From the NCBI GenBank assembly GCA_000320545.1, contig ADNK01001820.1, positions 91,630-155,629 on the forward strand: 64,000 bases of DNA, given 5' to 3'. Shown here piece after piece: positions 38,017 to 52,234 of the stretch (positions within the stretch are counted from its first letter, which is position 1; each line of letters opens with the position of its first letter). The translations under genes were made by a program, and so were the position numbers. The notes under the pieces were generated by a model that ran no database searches, was not told where the DNA came from, and saw only the letters and a program-made list of their open reading frames with translations. The stretch comes from Bigelowiella natans CCMP2755 (taxonomy: Eukaryota; Protista; Cercozoa).

Positions 38017-41000
38017 GCTATTACTCCTAATACAGGCGATAATACGATTTTAGTAGAATTTTTGGTCGTGACAGAAACGAATTTAAATAATTCCATATAT
38101 TCTGCTGATTCTACCTTCTCTAACCCGCATTCATGGTCCAAAACTTCGCCACTGAGCCATTCTCTTCCTTCATCGACGTGCCAGCTGTCATCATTTCCTT
38201 GCTTGTAGGTTTCGCACAAGTTTCCGGACGAGACTATAATCAGAGCCTACACCCGCCCAAACGTTGATGACAACAGAGACCCGTTCAAGTGGACGACACC
38301 ACAGTTTGATCGGTACTCGCTCGTAGAATATCATCAATAATCGCACTGTTTCTGGTTGAGACAGACCAGCAGCAAAATACCATCTACAAAAAAATAAGAG
38401 TGCTTCCGAGCCGTAGAAAGTGTTTGCAGGACGGTAATCATGTGGTTTTTAGTATGAATAATTGTCTCCTCCATTGACAGGCTGGAGGAGTTATGCCAGA
38501 GGATCTTTGCTTGGGACGAAATCCGGGCCAAGCAGGAAATTGATCCGATAAAAAAGGTACGGTTGTCGTTCTCGTCTAGTGTGCTATAAGCCTAGCTTCA
38601 AAATTAATTCTCCAACATCTTCTCACTGCTGTTCTTTGCTTTACTCATCGAGCGTCTGCTGCTGCGACTCACATCTAGTCTCTGCACTACAGTTATTTCA
38701 AATCCCGTTCGCCGTCATTTGTTTGTTTAAAATTTGCTCATCCTTTCGATAATACCCAAAGGCACTGGGGCAAGGTGGAATGGTTCAGTCACGATTAGAT
38801 GCATTTTACACACCGGAAGGTAGGGAGGGAGGGAGGGAGGGAAGTAGAAGAACCGACTTCAATTCGTTCCTTAGGCTGCTCTTTGCCTTGTGGCCATCCT
38901 CCTCTAATTTCTATCCTGTTGCTGTATGTACCACCGTCGTCGTCGTCGTCTCAATGTGCAGGCCGTTTCGCCAAGCTGAAAAGCAAGCGGTAGTTGTTAT
39001 TGCATCATTGTGATTATTGCTGCATAGAGGGGATAGATCTTTCGATCTACCACTCTACCTCCACTTCCTATTCTTCTTGTCCCTCTGCTTAAAAAAAAGC
39101 CTAGTATCCATCTGCCATGCAGTTATAGCTGTTCGTTGTCTTCGTCGTCTTCGCCATAATGCTTCTTATGCTCCTCTTCTCCACCACATCTTCCTCTCTT
39201 CCTCCGGTTCTAACTTCAGTTTGGCTGACTCGGTGCAAAATCTTCTGGATCCAACTGCTACCTTGATGAGGCAGAAGCTTCAGAAACAGCGACGAAAGCG
39301 TTACAACAGGATTAGCACCAACGATGCTACCAGCAGTGCAGGCGATGCCATTCGCACAACAATCAGGACAACAATAGCTAGCGAGCATGACAGAGAAGAA
39401 GAAGAAGGAAAAAAGAAAAGTAAAGATAATGTGCAGTTGAATAAAAGAATGGGCGTCTCTGCGAGCGAGGAGGAGAAAACAGGGCGTCGTCAAGCTGCGA
39501 AGAAGAGAAAGAGGAGGCACAGTAGTAGCACAGAAACGGTGGATGATGATGACAAGGGGGAGGGCGATCAATATGAGGAAGAAGAAGTCAGTTTGCTAAG
39601 AATAGCTTCGTGGATTTATTTACTACTTTTTGTATTTTCCTCTCACAAATCTCAACGTTGGTTATCTTTTCTCACCTAACCTATCTCCCCTCCCCCCCCC
39701 CCCCCCCTCTTTCCACTTTCGCAGCATGCTTCCCTCTCCCTCCTCTATCATTCCACAAAGAAATAGGAATAATTAAATACTCTTAAAGGTGATGATCCTT
39801 GGAACTCTGGTCGAGGTTGATGGAGTCAGAGGTCGTAGTAGTAGTAGTAGTAGCGTAGCTAATATTAGTAGTAGTAGTATCTCTATTTTCTTATTCGTTC
39901 GATCCTCGATAGCCAGTGGAGCAATGGGATCCAGCTCACTTCATTTTATCGTTTCTCTCCTATTTCCTCTATGGTGTGTTTTCTCCCCCCTTTTCCAGGG
40001 CATGTGTTGTCTTCGTCGTCGTCATCGATATCATCCAAACAAGTTCAAGTGATGTTAGACACAGGAGGAATTGTCACGGCTCCGGTGGTAGGTCTCTCTC
40101 GCTGTCCTCTTTCGCTCTTGAGGCATATCTGATGCTTTTCTTCTTCATCATCATCTTATTCTTATTCTTCTTCTTCTTCTTCTTCTTCTTCTTCTCACAT
40201 CCATTCCTTTTTATCTTACCATGGCGTACGGACAAAGAATTTCGCGAAAAGGGAAATTTGCTTCATGATTCATTGATGCAGTCAAACACATACGAGCATG
40301 CTGAGAGATGGTTGGATGGATTGATGGATGATGGTGATGATCTTGCAAAATAGGCGGCGGTTCACTTGCTGGCTGTTCCAAGCTTCGATGCCCGCTCCCT
40401 TACTATAAAAGCGATCAAGCAGCATCTAAGGTCACATTCCTAACACTATTGTCGCCTCAAACCGATGTCTTAGCATGCATCTCATCCTTCTTTTGCTTGT
40501 TTTCTCCTTGTCGTATGGCCCTTTTCTTTCCTTCTTAATCCATCATCTTTCAGACTCCGTGGCCTTCCGCTTAGTGGGGTCCTTCTCCTCCACCCCTTAC
40601 TCCTTTTCAATCTCAATCTTCATGCTGTATTTCGTTTGGTTCTTTCTTTTCGTCGAGGGGAGGAGAAGGGGAAAGTCGATATTAATGCCATCCTAACTAT
40701 TCATCTTATATCAGCTAAAATCGGAGCTGGTGGAGCGGCTAAATTGCGCACTTGCACGTAAGCTAAAATGATGACAAAAATGATGATAAGGAAGATGGTT
40801 CTGACGAGCCGCTGCAAGTGCTACTGTTTTACTTCTGAATATTTCACCGGTGTATAGGCAGCAGGAAGTTGAACAGCCTAGTTTTCTTTTCATCACGATA
40901 CTGCAATGTGGCGACGACGACACTGATGATGATGATGATGATGATGATGATTAGTTCATTAGTAAAATATAATATTTGATTGGTGTTGATGCGTATTGAT

Positions 41001-41120
41001 ACGTGTGTGTATCATCATTTTAGGTGAGTCTATTGATTCGTCTTCCACTGCAAGGCTATTAGAGATGCAGCAAACGATCCTCAACGAGAAAGTACATTCT
41101 TTGTCTCTCCCTCCTCACCA

Positions 41121-41168
<48 letters not shown>

Positions 41169-41231
41169 ACACACACACACACACACACTCACATACACAA
41201 ACTGTATGTCGAGTGTGTAAGGTGTTAAATG

Positions 41232-41274
<43 letters not shown>

Positions 41275-41458
41275 CATTATAATAACTTCGACCAGGCCAC
41301 GAGAAAGAAAAACCTTGACGATGCCATGAAACAGCTTGATGCAATACCCAACCCGGTAGTGATTCGGTGGTACGATGTATACGTACGTGTGTAGAGGAAG
41401 CCACAAGTGTGACCCCACAAGACGACCGCATCATAAATTGAGGCAGAGTAGCACGCGC

Positions 41459-41496
<38 letters not shown>

Positions 41497-44175
41497 AACC
41501 CCTGCTCGTTTCCCATCCCCCCTGCACTTTTAATCACACAGGAGATGCGTGAACGACTGAAGAAAGCATTTAAATCAAGTTTGCGCAATGAACTTAAGAA
41601 GATGAGGAACAAAAGACTCGCTAGCGATAAAGGCGTTGAAAACAACTTGAGGGGAGAAAAGATGAGAATAAAGAAATCTGCAAACCGGATTGAGGTACAG
41701 CAAAACAGTACTTAATAAGTACATATTTAGATGAGTAGACCTCCTCCTTCTAAGTCTGCACGTTTCCTCATCCCACCACTGCCTCACTACTCATCTTAGG
41801 AACCGTTTGAGCCTCCAGAAAATTCAGGTTATAGAGAAGTTGAATTTGGGGTTGTTTCTGTGGCAGTTTCCCAGAAGAATCTGGATAATCAATGATGATG
41901 ATGATGATGATGATGATGTCTCTTGTCTACCGCTCCTCCCTTTAATCAGTCATGTTTTCCTTCTCGTTTGTTCCATCCATCTATATTCGTGTATTGTTAT
42001 TGTACCAGAGCACTTCGTAGCCCCGAATGTCTCCATACTTCGTCGCATTAAGTTCCAGATCAATAGGGCGCCTGGTAGGAGCGATTTTGTCTCCTCCCGT
42101 TCTCCTGCTACTACTTCTTCTTCTTCTTTTTTCCCTCTTTAATCACCATCTTGTCCATCTTTTTCTTCTTCTACTAGTAGTAATAGCTGTGCTAGTAGTA
42201 ATAGTAGTGGTAGTAGTAGATGGTGGTGGTGGTGGTGATGGTAGCTGGTTTGTAGCTTACTGTGTTTGGCTGGAGATTTGTATCGATATGAATTTGCACA
42301 GAGGGTGATAGTAGTACTACATATTTGTTAATTAATGAGAATGATCTTAATAGAGAAGCAAACATCGATTGATGTCACACCGTGTGCATGAGTCTCTATT
42401 TCCTTGTTAAATACTACTACAAGCTCCAATTTTTACTACCCTTCTTCTTCTTCTTCTGTTGTTGTTGTTGTTGTTAGTGATGGCTCTGTGGGCCGTCGTT
42501 GTCGCAGAGAGGATAGGTGTGCGCGAGAGGAACAACCAATATGACAATAAATTAACCACAAATATACTTTTTTTTAGTTGAGATCAGCGATATAGACATG
42601 CAAGTATTTCTATGCGCCTTTGCAAATTTTAGGATGTTGTGTACCATATTTAATGTGCTACTTCATAATTTGTGTGTGTTGTGTATGACTATCTGTTGTG
42701 CACGTATTCGTGTATTTTACTTGGTGGAATTTGACATTTCCGCACAACTTACTACGCTTATCGGACTACTATTCTCAAGGCCACTGCCATCTCGACGCAC
42801 TTTCTTTAGGAAGAGCTGTCTCATATATGAGCATTCAGTCCAAAGTACATAAATTTTAGCAGTAGCAAATTAGCTAAGAAGTTGAACTACACACAAACAT
42901 TGCGTGACAGAGTCGCCTTCGCAATAGTTTCCGAAGCCGGAACATCCTTAGTGAAGATTGTGGTTGTTCTTATCCTGCTGTGCTGTTGCTCTTTCTGCTT
43001 TTCTTGTCCATCCAAGGGTGAGCGTCTTGGACTCCTGGAGAAGAAAGAGGTACCACTAAAAACCTCCTTTACTTGCATGCGGCATGAGAGAAAGTGAGGA
43101 AGTAATATTAAATATGATCTGTGTTGCAGACGAATATTCCCTCGAGCGCTCCGAACTTCAGCATCGTAGGTTTACTCGGTAGTAAAATAAAACATCACAG
43201 TTCAACTCTATCATCCTTGAACGTTGAAGTATGTAGAACCACCACCGCCATCACAATCACTACTACTGGTACTACTGCTACAACTAACTACTATTATGGT
43301 CACAGGACGACCGGTACCTGCGCTAAAAACTGAGCATGGACTGCGTGGCCTTCGATCTGATGGTAAGCAAACACACATCTTGCTATGACATAATTAACGA
43401 CGCTGCAGAAGAGAGAAGTGTATGAAAAATTCAATAGTGATGATGATGATTATGATGATGATAATGATGATGCAGATTGCAACAGCAAGATCTAATATGC
43501 CACACAGCAACTAAAATGTATGTATGTATGCATGTATGTACGCATGTATATATGTATCAATTAGGGTCTACAGTTTTCCCAAAGGCAGTGAAGAAATACT
43601 TCGAGGCGGCCTTCTCGGACAACTATGGGGCTGTGCGACATTGTAAGTTGTGAGTGGGTGGAACTGTCAGTACTGGGTGGGGAAATAGTGCAAATCGTAA
43701 AGGAGGCAAAAGCATCGATGGCGATGATAATGATGAGTAATTAGCTGCAAGCTCCCATATCATCGTCTCCCGCAGCCTCGTGCTTCTAATTTTTGCTTAT
43801 CTCTTACACTTTAACTGGATATATTGCATGTTTAGGCATGAAAGTTGTCGCCCAGCGATTCTCTGAGGAGAGCTTGTCCCAGAATCTTGGGCGTCTAGGA
43901 TACGATCTGTATACATCCTTCAGACCACAAGTGATTATTATTACAACAGCAGACCGACTTTGAATATATTGCCTACTACATTTATCCTCGTGCCTTTACG
44001 TGATTGTCGTCGATCCTTATGGCAGCCTAACAACACTGGTATTTATTAGGTTCCGGATGGGGAGGCTGGATGGGGAGCAAAAGCTACTTTTGATTGCAAG
44101 ATGCTACTGAATTGTGAGCCGGCCTCCTCATCTTCCAACGGGAAGAAGGTCCGCTCGCAACCGTTTCTAAGATAG
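27037..44175 (+). CDS. ERCC5: XPG/RAD2 structure-specific endonuclease with RanBP2-type zinc fingers, SAP domain and C-terminal conserved domain of unknown function (3' extent beyond 40771 inferred)
   Basis: XPG-N: [49 protein letters not shown]: [55 protein letters not shown]-terminal QSRLDAFY motif and a basic NLS-like stretch. Phase-compatible GT-AG introns continue the frame to the stop at 44173-44175. Confidence 0.85.
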
Positions 44176-45485
44176 AATGGTTAAAGCCAAAAGTATTGAA
44201 CTCGCAGCGCTGATATGTGAATACTGCGTGCAATTTATTTAGGGCGTACAGTAAGGAAGGCAAGGAATAGCTTGACTATCACAGGCAAACATGTGCACAC
44301 TCAAAGAGCGGACTTGTTAAGAAAATATTAAGGCGTGCAACATATTATCTGTACAATATAAATAGTAGGAACCTTATATTATGTTCTAATAGTTTAGTGG
44401 TAAGTGTATAGAACTGCCATGTCTAGATGCGCACACTTGTGCACGTGAGGTAATGTATGTGCGATAAATCTACTACGTGCAGATACCAACAAGACTTCAG
44501 CCTACCCAGATACAGCATAATCACTTATGTATGTATGTAATATGCATGATAGAACCAACGTTTAAGCATCGATATCAATGCATAATTCAAATTGGAGCAA
44601 AGCTAGCTGAATAGATTGAGCCTGGTGAAGAATATGCGGCCTATGTATTAGTAACTAAACGATCCTACAAGTACGCATCGGTAATCACGCGAGTATGCAG
44701 ACGGGACCATCGAACACAAATCTGGACATGGACATACGCCTAAATGTAACGCTACGCAGTTGGCTAAGTGCACACCTGCATCATCGACTGTAGCAATGCT
44801 AGTTATATGCGTCGAGCAGATTCATCACGCGCACACACCAAACGGTGCGCTATGGCCACTATTGCGTTGTGTGCGCAGATGCTCCTCTTCACAGTCAGCT
44901 AGTCAAGCGTTCTAAATAAGCAGACACAGAAGCAGAAACACACGCATGAGCGCATGCACCCATCTCTAGATCTAGCCATTACTGCATGGCTAAGCAGGCC
45001 GCGTAAGAAATTGGCACTGATGAGCATGTCAGTGTGCAAATAATAAGCACGATGACAAAACAATTCAAACACGCACGGTCATGCTGGCATGTTGATTGAC
45101 TGTTTGTTTGCGTGCAACACTGCGCCAGCCAGCGCTCACCGACACCTGTCAGTGTGCAGGTGATCGCAATGTTCCAGCCATATACGTGGATGCGCAACAA
45201 GAGATGTGCATCGCATGTGTGGCGTGTGTGTGTGTTTGCACGCGCGCGCGCGCACATCGACTCTGCATGACACAAAAAGACTAGAAGACAACAGTGCGAC
45301 GCAATACACACTAATGGATGAAATCACTGAGAGACTGTGGTGAATCAATGAAATAGATTTGTACTCTTGCATGCGACGCGGCGATGCAATTCTTCTACAT
45401 TTGGCATACCAGCCCACAAAGTGAAGACGGCATAGAATTCTGAGAGAGATGCCAACGACGTACGGGATTATTGTCTATATGAGGG

Positions 45486-46604
45486 TCATGTGGATAGGAA
45501 AAAGATGCAAGTTAAGCTTCCCTTTACCAGAATGTCACTAAAGAGAAATTTAGCACCTGTACTTCTCCCACTCAGGATTAAGCTCAAAATTGCATTCCGT
45601 GCCCGGGGGGCAAATCTTATCGATGATCTGAAAACATTACAAGTTGTCGACGACGATGCAGAATTCCGCACGATTCTTACCTTGCGTTTATGTTCTCGTT
45701 CTTCGTCCTCACTCCACCTTGTCCGGTATGGTATCATGACATATCTTTGAAGTTGTTATAACAGTAAGTGAAAGGCCCATTAAATGAATCTAAATTTGCG
45801 TTTTCCTACCGTTCAAAAAGCGTGTGCAGAATCAGGAAGATGACTATGATCAAGCACGTTCGAAATAACTGATATATAATAATATATATTGGATTCGTTG
45901 GCTGCTCAATACGGAGACCCATCATCATAAACTGAAGAGCAACCTGAAAGCACGCCCCATCCCTATCGATACTTCTGGGCCTACCATGTGACTGGCCAAC
46001 ACCCACCGTATCTGTTCTTTTGTCACTTGAATTGCTAGTTTCATTTTGGTCAAGTGCACTGGTGTCATCGACCCCCCTTAAAACAAAACAAAGAGGAAGA
46101 AAAACATGTCATGTTCTTCTACCTCTGCATCAGGCTGTGCCCGCGATCCGTCAAAAGGTTATGTTTACTTCATATTCTGTTGCTGTTGATGCTCCGAAGT
46201 ACTTCTCTCAAGTTGCGTGAAACTTTCCCTGGTTGAGGTATCGCTTGTTCTAGGGGCAGCAATGGGGGATCCCCGCGCCTAGCATAACATCAAAATGATG
46301 AAAAACATCTACACGGAACGGAGATTGCACCTTTCGTCTACGAAGTTCTTTCCCTTGCTTTGCATTGACGATTTCTTGAAATTTTGAATCCAGGGCCATT
46401 ACCCGCTCCCGGAGGGCGGCTGCCGATTCTTCCTCCTCATTTACACCATCCTGTGGTTCACTTGTCTCTGTGGACGTGAGAGGAACATCAGTCAATGCGG
46501 TAGGAATAAAAAGTGTGTAGGTAGTTGTTAATACACGGAAATATGGAACGATGATGACTTACTTGGAATCTTCCGCACAAGCTTCTGCGTTGTGCCCTTC
46601 CCCA
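45486..46604 (-). CDS. Small hypothetical multi-exon membrane protein; boundaries uncertain
   Basis: GT/AG-bounded segments encode TSEPQDGVNEEEESAAALRERVMALDSKFQEIV, GVDDTSALDQ..GACFQ, LFRTCLIIVIFLILHTLFERYVMIPY (TM) and IIDKICPPGTECNF. Confidence 0.4.
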
Positions 46605-47242
46605 TTCGACCGATCGATCGATCGGCCGATCGATGTGCAGTGTGATTGATTGTTGTTTGTGTTGTTAATAATATTCTGGTTTCGAATTTAATTTTACGTC
46701 ATCAATATGAATATCAAAAGACCAAAATCTAATCAACCTCCTCCTAGTTGGTCAACAATATGTGCCTGCAATATCTTAAAAATTGCACGAATTATTCAGC
46801 CTAAATCGATCTGCTTGAGATAGCATCGGGCGACCTACATCCTAACTCGGCTGGGAAACGAGGCCAAAAGACTGAAAGACAAAGAACAATGCTAAGAATA
46901 ACCTGCTACACTATTTACAACTAGTATGGTATTACTCAATGAATGAATGAATGAATAAAGTATTCAAAAATGATAACTTTATAATAAACCTGAAATATCG
47001 TAAAAAATAAGTCTGGTAGTACAGCTCGTAACAACTCGAAGAAGAAGAAGATCATTCTCGTACGCTCGTAGACCTAACGAGGAGGAGGAAGAGGTGGGGG
47101 AGGACCTGTCCGAACCGAGTGCACTTCTACGTAGTAGCCCTTTCCTCAAAGCAACATAAATTGGGTCTTTCGTGCAACCAATCTATCTTCATCTTCTTCC
47201 TGTTTCATCGCCGATGATGGGTCATCTGAGCTGCAGCCGAAA

Positions 47243-48599
47243 ATGCATATTTTGAAGAAGGTGGTTGAGCACTCGTATCAATCTACGAAATATAAGCTTT
47301 TCCAGAATGAGGTGCTCTCCGAATTGGCTGTCGTCGTACAGAGTTTTATCAGTGATTATCACGGGTATTTAACTTTAGCGAATGCGACACTTCACTAAAT
47401 AGAATCATAGTATAGAAGCACTTTTGGAGTAAGACTTTGTAACTAGAAACATTAGGCAAAGGTCTTAGTATGATGTTGTCAGCAGCCTGGTCTTCTAATC
47501 CGTCATCAGGTATTATAATATGCACATTTTCCGTCATCCCGGAGGGGCAGCAACATCTGGTTCCAGCAGCTAGTTGGAACGAGGAGGAGGGTCTAGAAAT
47601 CAGAATAAATGACGACGAGTCTTTGAACTACTACGACAACAAAGGGCAGAGACAGCAGCAATTTGCTACTCCGGATATATGGCTACGCAAGGGGGTCATT
47701 ATCATCATCGTATTTTACAAGCATGCAATAGTCATCATAGTTGTTGGAAAATTCGGGGAAGTGTGAGAGAGGGTAGATTGATAGTTCAATGATGAATGTC
47801 TTTCACAACTACAACAGCCTCTTTGATACATTTTTTTGTTGTCGCATCCTTGGACCTGGAATCTGGTTGTTTGTGATAATGGTTCTTCTGGGGGTGACTG
47901 TAATACTTGCAGATTGAACGATACGATGGATACATTATCACTCGCGTTGTAGACAGGAAGAATGTAGCCAAGGAGGGCAGTGATGCTGCCAATAGAAACA
48001 TCATAAGTGACGAACAACTAACATGCTATCATCGTCAAAACTGTTCCTTTGGACTCTGGATTAGGACTTTGGAAGGTGATTTCAGGCAGGGGAAATAATC
48101 ATGATAATAGGGTAGTAGAGGGGGGTGGTGCGAGGAGGACACGTAGACTTTACATTTACTCCTCTTCCCAATAAGTATGGAACATATATCCTTTCACAAA
48201 ACCTCATGATGGTCAAAGACTATGGTGTGTCAAAGACTTGAAGAAGTCTTTGTGCTGCATGATTCCTCATTCGATTCAAAGCATCTTTTTTTACAAATCA
48301 TAGGCGGGGTCGTGCTGTCGCACCCAGGTAAGCATGGACACGCGTGTGTGTGTGGGGGGGATGTATGTGTGTGACATCTTGATTCTTGTTGAAACAGCAG
48401 TATCATGCATGCTTTATTCCAAAAACGGTTTCAAAATTAAGAGCAACGTGCGTCGATAAAACAGTCGCACACGACCTAACTACATCATCATGACAAATTT
48501 TTCTTAATTGGCATTGATAATATAAAGGCTTCTGCGTTTTTATATCTTCCTCAAATGGCGGTGACGGCTACATCTCCTTTGCAGCAGCACAAAGTACGA

Positions 48600-48637
<38 letters not shown>

Positions 48638-49085
48638 ATCACCCACCACCCATATCTCTATCATCCGCATTCCTCGACTTCGTCAACTCAAAGAATGATG
48701 ATATGGATTTACTACTAGTCTGGGAGTAGTAGTACTCTTTCAGCATCATCGATTATAAATAACATTCTTGTGCGACAAGCAACATGCTTTGCTTTCGACT
48801 GTCTGTGCATATGTGAGCGTATGATTTGTCTTTGTATTCAATTAGAACAAGAAGATTCGGGTGAGAGGAAGAACAGTAGGCAGCGAGGGCGTCACTCCTC
48901 TCACAAATTTGCTGAGAAATTAGGAGATCTACGATGGCACTACATACTGATAACCAAAAGCTTAGTTGTCGCAGACAATTCCTCTTCTTCTTCTTCTTCT
49001 TTATCATCATCATCTTCGAGCGATGGTCGGCATAAAATGTTTGTAAAAGTGTTTGTTGATGGCACGCAGAAGCTGCACCAAGGTG

Positions 49086-49128
<43 letters not shown>

Positions 49129-51216
49129 CTTCTATTGCATTTATACTGTTATCACGATTCTAACTTTTGTCTCTCCCTCTCTCTCACTTTCAACAACAGA
49201 GATAGGTGTAAGAGCATGGAATCTCAGTAAACTGTCATTCGGTGGCGATGTGGGGCACAGCAGCGGTCTATGCAGCAGTAGCAGACATCTATTTGCTCCT
49301 AGGTAGAAGTAGTTCGGATGATGGTGGTGTGATGACAACGATTATGACTGCTGCTGCTATTCACCACTTCAACATATCGCTTTGAACATATACCGCTTGC
49401 GTGGCTTGTCGTCAATTTTTGTTATCAATAATACCTCCCATCCCCCCCTCTTTTGCCGTCATCATTGTCCCATGAAGCTGCTCATGATTAATTATTCTAA
49501 TTGTGACAACTAACAGGAACGGGCATCATCGTTGTGCGGGATTCTTCGCCGGCATTGTAGGGGAATAATAGCAATACTGAGAACAAAATGAAATAAAGAA
49601 CAAGAAGAAGAAGAAGAAGAAGAAGAAGAAGAATAAGATAGAGAGGAAGAACCACGTCGAGTCTCCCTAGTAGTTCCTCCTCCTCATGCGCTTCCTACTT
49701 TAGATAGCGAGGGCGGCATTTTGGAGTCAAAAGAGTCTCGACGAAATGCAGGTTTTGCTATAGCTAAAGCATAGTGTCGAGGCTGCTGGCTGCTGTGCTG
49801 CTGATGATAAGTTTATGGCCAAAACTAAAGGCAGCAGCAGCGACGGCAATCAAAATATTAACCACCAATTATGACTGTTTGTGTCTCAAAACCGTTGACA
49901 ATAAAGTAGTAGAATCCTCCTCCTCCGCTATCACCATCATCTTCAGCGTCATCATTGTTATTATCTAGGCGTCATCGCAGTTTGCGTTTGAGAAGGACAC
50001 ATTTAAAAGAAGCAGCAGCATCTCAGCAGGATCCCGAGCATTGCTACCTTCGCTGTCAAAAGGAATCTCGATGCTATTGCACCCCAGTGATGATTCAGGA
50101 GTGCGAGGGCAGGACGAACACATTGGAAGACGATGCAGCAGCAGCAGCAGCAGCCCAGCAGGTTTTTTTGGATTATATCTGCTTGGACATCTCAGGTGCT
50201 GCTGCTGCTGCTATGACTGTTGTAGTACTAGTGTTGTTAGCTGGAGGTTTCGGTGAAACGTGTTTGTTTTTTTTCATTTTACTGTGCTTTTCTCAATCGA
50301 AACGCACGTGAGTGGATTTATACTCTTCGTGATTTGGTCGCCGTGTCTCTGTTCCGTCCTGTGATGTTTTGCCACCACTTGTCTTTTATGTTGGTGCTGC
50401 TGCTACTGTTACTACTCCGCATAGGTCTTTCCCGGGTGTGAATAGCATTTCCCCAATAATCCAAGCCACTGTAATGAAGCGATGTTCATTGCTGACCTAA
50501 AAATGGAAGATATGATGATGCTGATGATTATGATGATGATTGGTGAAGTGTAAAGAAAAGAACGTCCAGATGAAGAACATAATCAACATGCTACAACTAG
50601 ATTTAAAATCGAGCGAGGATTATCCTTCTTCGATCACTGGATGATGTCGATAGTAGTAGTGCTACGAGTTGGTCATCGATGCTGATTGACAACTGTTGCG
50701 TTTGTATAAATCGACTAAGTAAACACAAATTTCCTCACAGAGTGCGGATGATACGATTCCGATCGTGTCCATATCTGTACCGGAGCATACGCAAGTCATA
50801 CCCAAGACAGCAGGACGGGAGTACGACCAAGGGTATATTTATATCTTATATATATGTGTATATATTAATGAGTGGTGATGACTAAGCTACCACCTCTTCC
50901 TCCTCCTCCTCCTCCTCCTCCTCCTCATCCTTTTCGACTTGTTCATAACCTGAAGAACCATCATCCACTACGGTATTCTTTATCCCTCACACCTTCATCA
51001 TCTCTTTTTTACCCTCCTTCTTCGTCGCCACTTTTCGAGCGTAAGACCTACTGTTTAGCATTGGGACTCATCACAACTTTATTATAACGTTTCTGAATGA
51101 TAGGAGAGTAAATGAAGATGATGATCTAAAACAAGCCCTGGAAAGCATCACTGCTTCTTCTGTTCAAACGTTACGCCATGTAATTGTGCTACTACATTAA
51201 AATGCAGGATATAAAC

Positions 51217-51257
<41 letters not shown>

Positions 51258-51414
51258 ATCCGTCATCATGTTTTCCAACGTTTATTATGTAAGTGCTGTC
51301 ACTGCCATGCACCTTTTTATCTTTCTATTATGTATGGATTTTGAGAATGATGCTAATAGTGGTAAATTATGGGTGAGAGGTGGTTAAGGTGGTGTGTCTC
51401 TAGAACTAATCTTG

Positions 51415-51445
<31 letters not shown>

Positions 51446-51571
51446 ATATGACCACTATTCACGGCTCATTCTTCATCCTTCATTCTCTCCCCCCTCCTCC
51501 GCCCATGTTGTTATTATCTTTCCTTTTAGTGGGGAATTCGGACGTTTGGTCCTGTTGCTGCAGCAGCATCG

Positions 51572-51604
<33 letters not shown>

Positions 51605-52203
51605 ATGTCTTCTTCTTCCTCTTCCTCTTCTTCTTCTCATCCTCCAAGCCCTCCTCAAGCTTGTAACCTTATCGTTTCTGCACACGTCACCCCGGAAAAG
51701 GAAAGGGAACAGCATTACAGAGATATAATGCGAAAGGTGTTGTTGGGGACTTTATTGGAATGGTGGCCTTCTCTGCTGTTATTCATATTTATGCACTACG
51801 GCCCCTCCTTCTCCCACTATTAAAAGCTACTCATTCAAGTTGCTGTATAGATAATTCTTTCTTCTATTGCTGTCACCACCCACCCACTCACCACGGTTCT
51901 TTCATGTTAGATTCCGCCACTTCCAGAATCCGACAAAGAAAAAACATACATTGTATTATTCCATTGCTGCTTGTCACACCCCATAACATGCAACGACGCG
52001 TTAAGATGATCACCGCTTTTTATCGTTAGATCTCGAAATATTTTTACGTAAAAAGATGGTGTACAGATACGAATTTTTAGTCTTAACTAATCCCCTCAGT
52101 TTCGGTTATTTTCGTCAAGATTGCTGCTTTTAAGAGGTAGTAGGCAAAATAACAACGGAGATGAAAGAGGAAAGACATAGCATAGGAACGAGAAGAAGAA
52201 GAA

Positions 52204-52234
<31 letters not shown>

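Noticed and set aside
39780-40700. Separate minus-strand gene downstream of XPG
   Set aside because: Minus-strand frames contain stops, whereas plus-strand exons splice in phase and give a SAP motif.
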